Assembly (NCBI GenBank): GCA_964016885.1
Contig: OZ024750.1
Location: 10,664,001 to 10,728,000, forward strand
Reading direction: 5' to 3'
Length of the DNA stretch: 64,000 nucleotides
From: Eledone cirrhosa
Taxonomy: Eukaryota
Shown: one piece after another, positions 56,775 through 64,000 of the stretch
Layout: each line of letters begins with the position of its first letter
How positions within the stretch are numbered: the stretch's first letter is position 1
Notes under the pieces: model-generated
The model's database searches: none
What the model was told of the DNA's origin: nothing
What the model saw: only the letters and a program-made list of their open reading frames with translations
Translations under genes and position numbers: made by a program

Positions 56775-57104
56775 GTCATAGTGGTAGTAGTGGCGGTGGT
56801 AGTGGTGTTGGTGGTATTGGTAGTGGTGTTGATGGTAATGGTGGCGGTAGTGGTGTTGGTGGTAGTGGTGTTGATGGTAGTGGTGTTGGCGGTGGTAGTG
56901 GTGTTGGCAGTAGTGGTGGCGGTAGTAGTGGTGGCGGTAGTAGTGGTGGCGATGGTAGTGGTGGTGATGGCAGTGGTGGCGAAGGCAGTGGTGGCAGTGG
57001 TAGTGGTGATGGTGGTAGTGGTGGCGGTGGTAAAGTCTATTCTGCAGCTGGGGATATATCTTTACACCAGTTGGCCAACGACAAATAAATATACTTGGCG
57101 TTAT

Positions 57105-57290
57105 GGTGGATTGGCAGTATCGGTAGAGGGTCGGACGCCATGCTTTCCAGCATAGTTACGTCCCTTTACGATCTGAGTTCAAATCCCGCCGAGGTTGACT
57201 TTGTCTTTCATCCTTACGGGGTCGATAAAATAAAGTACCAGTAATGCACTGGGTAATTACTGGCCTAGTGCCTAAAGTAGAAACAGTTAT
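57105..57290 (+). mobile_element. SINE A, full-length sense copy (tRNA head + MESC/Meta-like core)
   Basis: A-box-like TGGCAGTATCGG and B box GAGTTCAAATCCC. Core ctttcatccttacggggtcgataaaataaagtaccag resembles the MESC/Meta SINE core (from memory, not searched). Confidence 0.85.
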
Positions 57291-57848
57291 TTAATACTGG
57301 TTTCATGGAACATTCCGTCTTGACTCTTCTTCAGCACTTTCTTTTTATACTTCCTTTATCTGTGGGTGGTGGTGGTGGTAGAGGTGGTGGTGGTGGTGGT
57401 GGTAGTAGAGGTGGTGGTGGTGATGGTAGAAGTGTAGGTTGTAGTGGTGGTGGTGGTGGTAGAGGCAGTAGTGATGGTTGTAGTGGTGGTGGAGATGGAA
57501 GAGGTGTGGGTTGTAGTAGTGGAGGTGGTAGAGGTAGTGATGGTGGTAGTAGTGGTATGATGAGGGTATATTTATTTCCTTTATTTGTACATTTTACATG
57601 TTGTTCTTTTTTCTTCTTGTTGTTTGTTGTTTGTTTTTGTAATATTTTTGTTTTGTTAGAATATTTGTTGTTTTTATTGTTTTGCTTTCTTCATTAAAAA
57701 TATATTTGTTCATTTCGCCGTTTCTCTATTATTTTATGTTTATAGAATATCTGACCTTTAACTCCCTCCCACTTTCCTACACACACACACACACACACAC
57801 ATATACTAGAGTACACTTTACAATATCACACTCACTTTCTTTACCCAA

Positions 57849-57898
<50 letters not shown>

Positions 57899-58002
57899 CC
57901 CATCTCTCTCTCTCTCTATATATATATATAGTTCTCTCTCTCTATATATAGTTCTCTCTCTCTCTCTCTATATATATATAGTTCTCTCTCTATATATATA
58001 GT

Positions 58003-58037
<35 letters not shown>

Positions 58038-58648
58038 CTAGTTCAAAGTCAAATCCTATTAAATAATTCTCTCGACATTTCATTATCACATCCGGGTTAT
58101 TAACATATGCAATGAAATCACTTATTTATTTTCCTTCCCCAATCTCTTTCTCTTCATCATATACTTCCTCTCGTATTATAACTCTTGATCTCTGACTCAC
58201 TCATTCCTCTCCCACTCTCTCTCTAGTTGTTTGCTTCTCTCACTCGTTCCTCCCTCTCCCCCCTCTCTCTCTAGTTGTTTGCTCCTCTCATTCATTCCCT
58301 TATTCTTTCATTCATTTATTCATTCATTCATAAATTCTAAGGTCTCTATTATATCTTTTCTTCTGCCCTTCTATTTTCTACTTTCACTTTCGATGCTAAC
58401 ACCTCCCACCATTCCCTCTCCTCTCTCTCTCCCCCCTCATGTCCCCTGGGTGTTCATCTTATTTGAAATTTACTATAATATCATAGTAGACGTCGTTGTT
58501 GTCCTTTTCATCGTTGTTGACAATCGACGGTAGCGCCCCCTATAACAATAACAACACCAATATCGGCGGCAAGATCAATAAAAACAAAAAGAAAAAAAAT
58601 GTATAAAAAGAAAATACAACACGCAAGCAACAATACTAACAATGGAAA

Positions 58649-58682
<34 letters not shown>

Positions 58683-58737
58683 GCTACTACTGCTGCTACT
58701 ATTGCTACTACTACTACTACTACTACTGCTGTTGCTG

Positions 58738-58790
<53 letters not shown>

Positions 58791-58875
58791 GCTGCTACCA
58801 CTACTGCTGTCGTTTCGTCAGTACTGAAACCAACACTACCACTGCCGCCTCCACTACTACTACTACTACTACTAG

Positions 58876-58906
<31 letters not shown>

Positions 58907-60459
58907 GGTGGGGTTTGAACTCAGAGAGTAGAGAGCCGGTATGAATACCACAAACCACTCTATTTGACGTTCTAAAAACTCAACAGAGTTCGCCCCCTTT
59001 CATCTAAATACTAGAGAAGGAGAATTTGAAAATAAAGAATTCCTTCCATTTTAGAAAGTGTCTTAGCAGTCATATTTAGTACAACATGTTTCTCTGCATG
59101 GTTGAACTACATCATGGTATTGAATATTCGGTAGTCTATCTACTAATAAATATTAGTTTTCTCATTTCTCATCTCACAAATCTTCAGAGTTTAGGGAAAA
59201 TGAAATAAAGAGTACGACGTCCATCTTTTTTCAAAGTGCTTTATTCATTAAACTGAAGAATATACAGGGTATGTGGCCCAAATAAACAATAAAATACTTC
59301 AATAGGCGGGAAAAAGTGGTCAGCGGTTGCTACGAGGAATCAAGTCTCATGTATTTCAGATATCGGCTGACTGGTTTAACCATACACTGTTATAATATTC
59401 ACAGGGAAATAAATAATTTTCTATATAGATAATAAACACAACCACAAGGATATGGTCCGAACCAAGTTTAACAAAAGCAATCAGGTCTACGTGTACTTTT
59501 AGCGAAGTCCACTAACCCTCCAGATAAGGTTTTCAGCTTGCTCTTCACCATTAGACGACCTTAAGTGCTAAACTGTCCTATTTTGAATGTGCAATAAAAA
59601 ACGAAATACAAAATTGGATTGAAACAGCATTGAAGTTTATCCTTTTTAAAAACCCACATCTTACTAAACTAATTCTAAAATATTTGAAATAAAATTCTCC
59701 AATACGTTTTATAGTAATATTGATTTCTAAAGCTGAAGAGCTGACACATATTTCCTTATTGTATCTTATATATCTCCCCAAAGTAAAACAACAAACAACA
59801 AAATTAACCTCGACATGATCTTATAGCGATATTCATTTCTCTCTTTGGTACAAAACTACAAAATATTTAGTGACATTACATTTGAAATCCACTAGCAGGA
59901 TTGCGATAATGTTTATGTATTTGACCTTGGAACGATATAAAGTCAATCACCTTCGACCGGCCCTAGATTCAGAATTTTAAAGAATCTGGCTAATTATTGC
60001 TAAGCAATTAATGCCACGCTATATAGCGTCACATTTTCAATGGCAAATTTTAATGTAATAATAAAAAATGAAATGAACCAGGAGAAATAATGCCAAAGTA
60101 GACCAATACCATAAATTTACATAAATGGGTTAAGGGATGATGTTCTTAATGACGCATGAAAACAGTTCTGAATTTAATTGAAATTTTCCTATAATTTTGA
60201 GAAGGGAAACAAAAATTTAGCATTAATTGTTATTGATTCCCAAGGAGAGGGTAGATAATTTAAATAAATTTAGAATTAATTTCACAAAATTAATTTATCT
60301 TCTTCACATTTGAAACATTGGCAATAGGGTGGGAAGGGGAAGAGGGTTATACAAGTAACTCGCACAATTCTTTACATCCGCAGAAGGAGGACAATTTTTT
60401 TTATTTGACAAAGGTACATACTTAAATATCTTAATATGACACGGCAGGTAATAATAATG

Positions 60460-60671
60460 GTTTCTTATATACGCGCAAGGCCAGCAATTTTGGGGGAGGG
60501 GAAAGTCGATTAAATCGACCCCAGTGCGTGACTGGTACTTTATTTATCGACCCCGTAAGGATGAAAGGCAAAGTTAACCTCGGCGAGATTGGAACTCAGA
60601 CCGTAAAGGACCGTAACTCTATGCTGCAAAGCATGGCGTCCCACTCTACCGATACTGCCAATCCATCGCCA
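60460..60671 (-). mobile_element. SINE A, long subfamily, full length
   Basis: 19-bp TSD acggcaggtaataataatg at 60441-60459 and 60673-60691. Confidence 0.9.
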
Positions 60672-61908
60672 TACGGCAGGTAATAATAATGAAATTATTT
60701 CTATATTTGGCACAAAACAACAATATATTTAGTTCAAGTCTATTGTAACTTCAATTCATTCACAGGAGTTTTTGTATTAAGGTTTATATTTTTAACCCTG
60801 GACGGATACAATATAATAATCACCTATTAATCAGCAAGTCCCTCCCCACATAAAAAAGAAATGTCTACTGGAAAAAAATGAAAGGTAACAAAGAATCATC
60901 TTGTCGTAGATAACATGGTAATCAACGACTGTTATTCCTGGAGTATTGCAAACCTGAGAATGACATGGACCGACTTTTAAAAAAGCTTATGATGTCGTGT
61001 TCTAGTCACGGATTTTTGAATCTAAGAAGATATTTAGGGTGGCAGATTAAGTAAATTGGTATAATCTAGCATGAAGGAGAGGAGAAATAGTTTGTACTTA
61101 TATAATAGGTTCCTAGGTAATGTGAATATAAATACACGTAACTAACCCTTAATAATTTTGTGGATGATAAAGCACAAAGACAGTGCCTTGGTCTACAGGT
61201 AGAAATCTTATAGATGAAGTTTTACGTTTCCCCAAATTAGATCACACATCCTTTGTATTTAGGATGTCTTTTAGAAAACCCAACAGCTTACATAAAATGT
61301 TTTAAACTAACTTCTAAGGTCTTCCTGTAGTTTACGTTAGGCACTGCCTATATCGTCTTTGTGAAAGTGTGATATATATCATTTATTTTTTCAGAAGAGA
61401 GATTCCATCTTCCCTTCTATTTGTGATTTTTGAAATGGTGGGGGATCATGTTGATCTCTCCCATGACACTAACTATAACGATCCCTGAAAGTCACTCTCT
61501 TCCAGAAAAACAAAACGAGTTATAAATTAAGAATAAAGTGGCTTGCTAATGCGACAAGCATCCATTATAGCCGACTCAGCATCACCACTAATATGTTTCT
61601 TTACATTAAAAGAAAACTAAAAGAAAAACAAAATGGTAACAGCATCATCAAGAACAAACAAAAAAAAAAAAAGACAACAACACATAAAAAAAAAGGATGT
61701 ATAAAAAATTTCAAGGGACAACAAAAATGAGGAAGGAAATAAAAAGCAAAATGACAGGTCCGAATGTGGAGGACAAGGGGAGACTTTGTAGCCGTCAACA
61801 ATAACAACATTAATAACAACTGCAACAACAATACTAACATCACTTACAACATAGGATTTCTTTAGAACAAAAACTTAAAAATCAAAGAACATCAATTATA
61901 AACGATAA

Positions 61909-61940
<32 letters not shown>

Positions 61941-62138
61941 GACATGCATATATATACATACATATATATGCATATATATACATACATATATATGCATATA
62001 TATACATATATATATATGCATATATATATACATACATATATATATGCATATATATACATACATATATATATGCATATATATACATACATATATATGCATA
62101 TATATATACATATATATGCAAATATATATATATATATA

Positions 62139-62198
<60 letters not shown>

Positions 62199-63024
62199 AG
62201 TGACTGTGTATGAGTGTGTTGGATGGAGAGAAAACGGAAGAGTGATAGAGAGAGAGAAGACGATGGTATTACTATCAAAATAGTTACACCACCACCACCA
62301 CCACCAATACAAACACCACCACCACCACCACCACCAATAACAACAACAGCACCACCACCACCACCACCACCACCACCACCAATAACAACAACAGCACCAG
62401 CACCACCACCAATACAAACAACAACACCAACACCAACACCACCACCACCAATACAAACAACAACAACAACACCACCACCACCACCACCACCACCACCAAC
62501 AACAACAACAGTAGCGAATGAACAAAAATAGTAAGCGAGACAAAGTTCTGATGCATACACCCAATTCTTTCCATTACGATTGTCCCGGTCGGCGTTGGAC
62601 ATGCGCACTTAGTGATGCGTTTTGAGCTGCCAAGAATGGAATGTTAATGATTGACTATGATTGATCGTCATTGGTCACATATTGAGCGCGTCTCTTTTAT
62701 AGCAAACTGCTTTCTATTTATCGAATCAACTTGCCCCCGTTTGTCCGTCCTTGTCTTAGCACCATCTACCCACCCTCACTTCACACACACTTTGTTCACC
62801 ACCTCCCACTTCTTCCATTCTTACAACACCAACAACATCACCATTATTGAGATCAGCATCATCTCCACACTATAAACATCACTGATGACACCAACACCAA
62901 CACCATCACCATCACAAACACCAACGCCATCACCATCATTACCACCATATCTACCACCACTTTCAGTAAAGTCACTGCCTTCACCTCACCCCCCCCCCCC
63001 CCAAAACATTGTCATCATTAGCAA

Positions 63025-63476
63025 AATCGTCGTCGTCGTCGTCGTCGTCATTATAACCATCATCATCACCACCACCACCATCATTATCACCACCACCACC
63101 ATCATCATTATCACCATCACCACCACCACCATCATCATTATCACCACCACCATCATCATTATCACCACCACCACCACCATCATTATCACCACCACCACCA
63201 CCACCATCATCATTATCACCACCACCACCATCACCATCATCATTATCACCGTCACCACCACCACCACCATCATCATTATCACCATCACCACCATCATCAT
63301 TATCATCATCATCATCACCACCACCATCACCATCACCACCACCATCATCATCACCACCACCATCACCACCATCATCACCACCACAACCATCACCACCACC
63401 ACCACCACCATCACCACCACCATCACCACCACCACCACTATCATCATCACCACCATCACCATCATCATCATCATCT
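63025..63476. repeat. (ATC/ACC)n compound microsatellite
   Basis: Direct. Confidence 0.9.
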
Positions 63477-64000
63477 TTTTTCTCCTGCATTGTTTCGTAT
63501 TTAAAAAACTCTCTCTTTCTTACTTTGACAACAACTTTCTCACTCGTTCCCTCTTCCGCTCTCTCACTCCCACCACTGCCATTAATCCTATCTCTCTCTC
63601 ACTCCCACCACTGCCATTAATCCTATCTCTCTCTCTCTCTCCCACCCTCCCATCAATCCTATCTCTCTCTCTCTCTCTCCCACCCTCCCATCAATTCTCT
63701 CTCTCTCACTCCCACCACTCCCATTAATCCTACCTTATTCACCATCTTTTCCTCGTTCTTTTCCCGTCAGATGATGTTATTCAAGCAAACACATTATTAT
63801 TCTCTCTCTCTCTTTTCTCCCCCCCCCCTCTCTCTCTCGCCAAATTATTCACAACATACACCCTACCCAACATGCACTACACCAAACCTTCCTTCAGATT
63901 TCAGTTTATGCTTGGCCATGTCATATAATTGTAGCCCAACTTCCATTTTAAAAAATGGATTATCTGCCCTTCTTCCACCACTTTCACGTCTCCCATCAAT

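Noticed and set aside
57105-57190. tRNA gene
   Set aside because: A and B boxes are present, but there is no acceptor stem or cloverleaf and the sequence continues into the SINE core.

Overview
Eukaryotic, AT-rich, non-coding DNA saturated with microsatellites ((TA)n, (CA)n, (GA)n, (ACC)n, (AAT)n). The repeat families look like an octopod cephalopod intron or intergenic region; this is inferred from recalled repeat consensuses, not from a search. There is no convincing full protein-coding gene, and nearly all listed ORFs are microsatellite artefacts. Supported content: about 30 copies or fragments of a tRNA-derived SINE, several with clear target-site duplications (TSDs), including a triple insertion at one site; piggyBac-, Tc1/mariner- and hAT-type MITEs; 3' fragments of RTE-like and CRE/RLE-like LINEs; and a possible 43-nt + strand micro-exon. 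The main observation is a set of short elements from otherwise unrelated sequence families, embedded in (TA)n tracts, with a shared layout: (TA)n - inverted (fold-back) arm - [hammerhead-ribozyme-like core] - arm - unpaired 3' tail - (TA)n. Their tails carry the same covarying hairpin, RCTC-stem-loop-stem-(TT/TC bulge)-GAGY. This suggests a (TA)n-targeting, Penelope-like or retrozyme-like system with a common cis-recognition structure.
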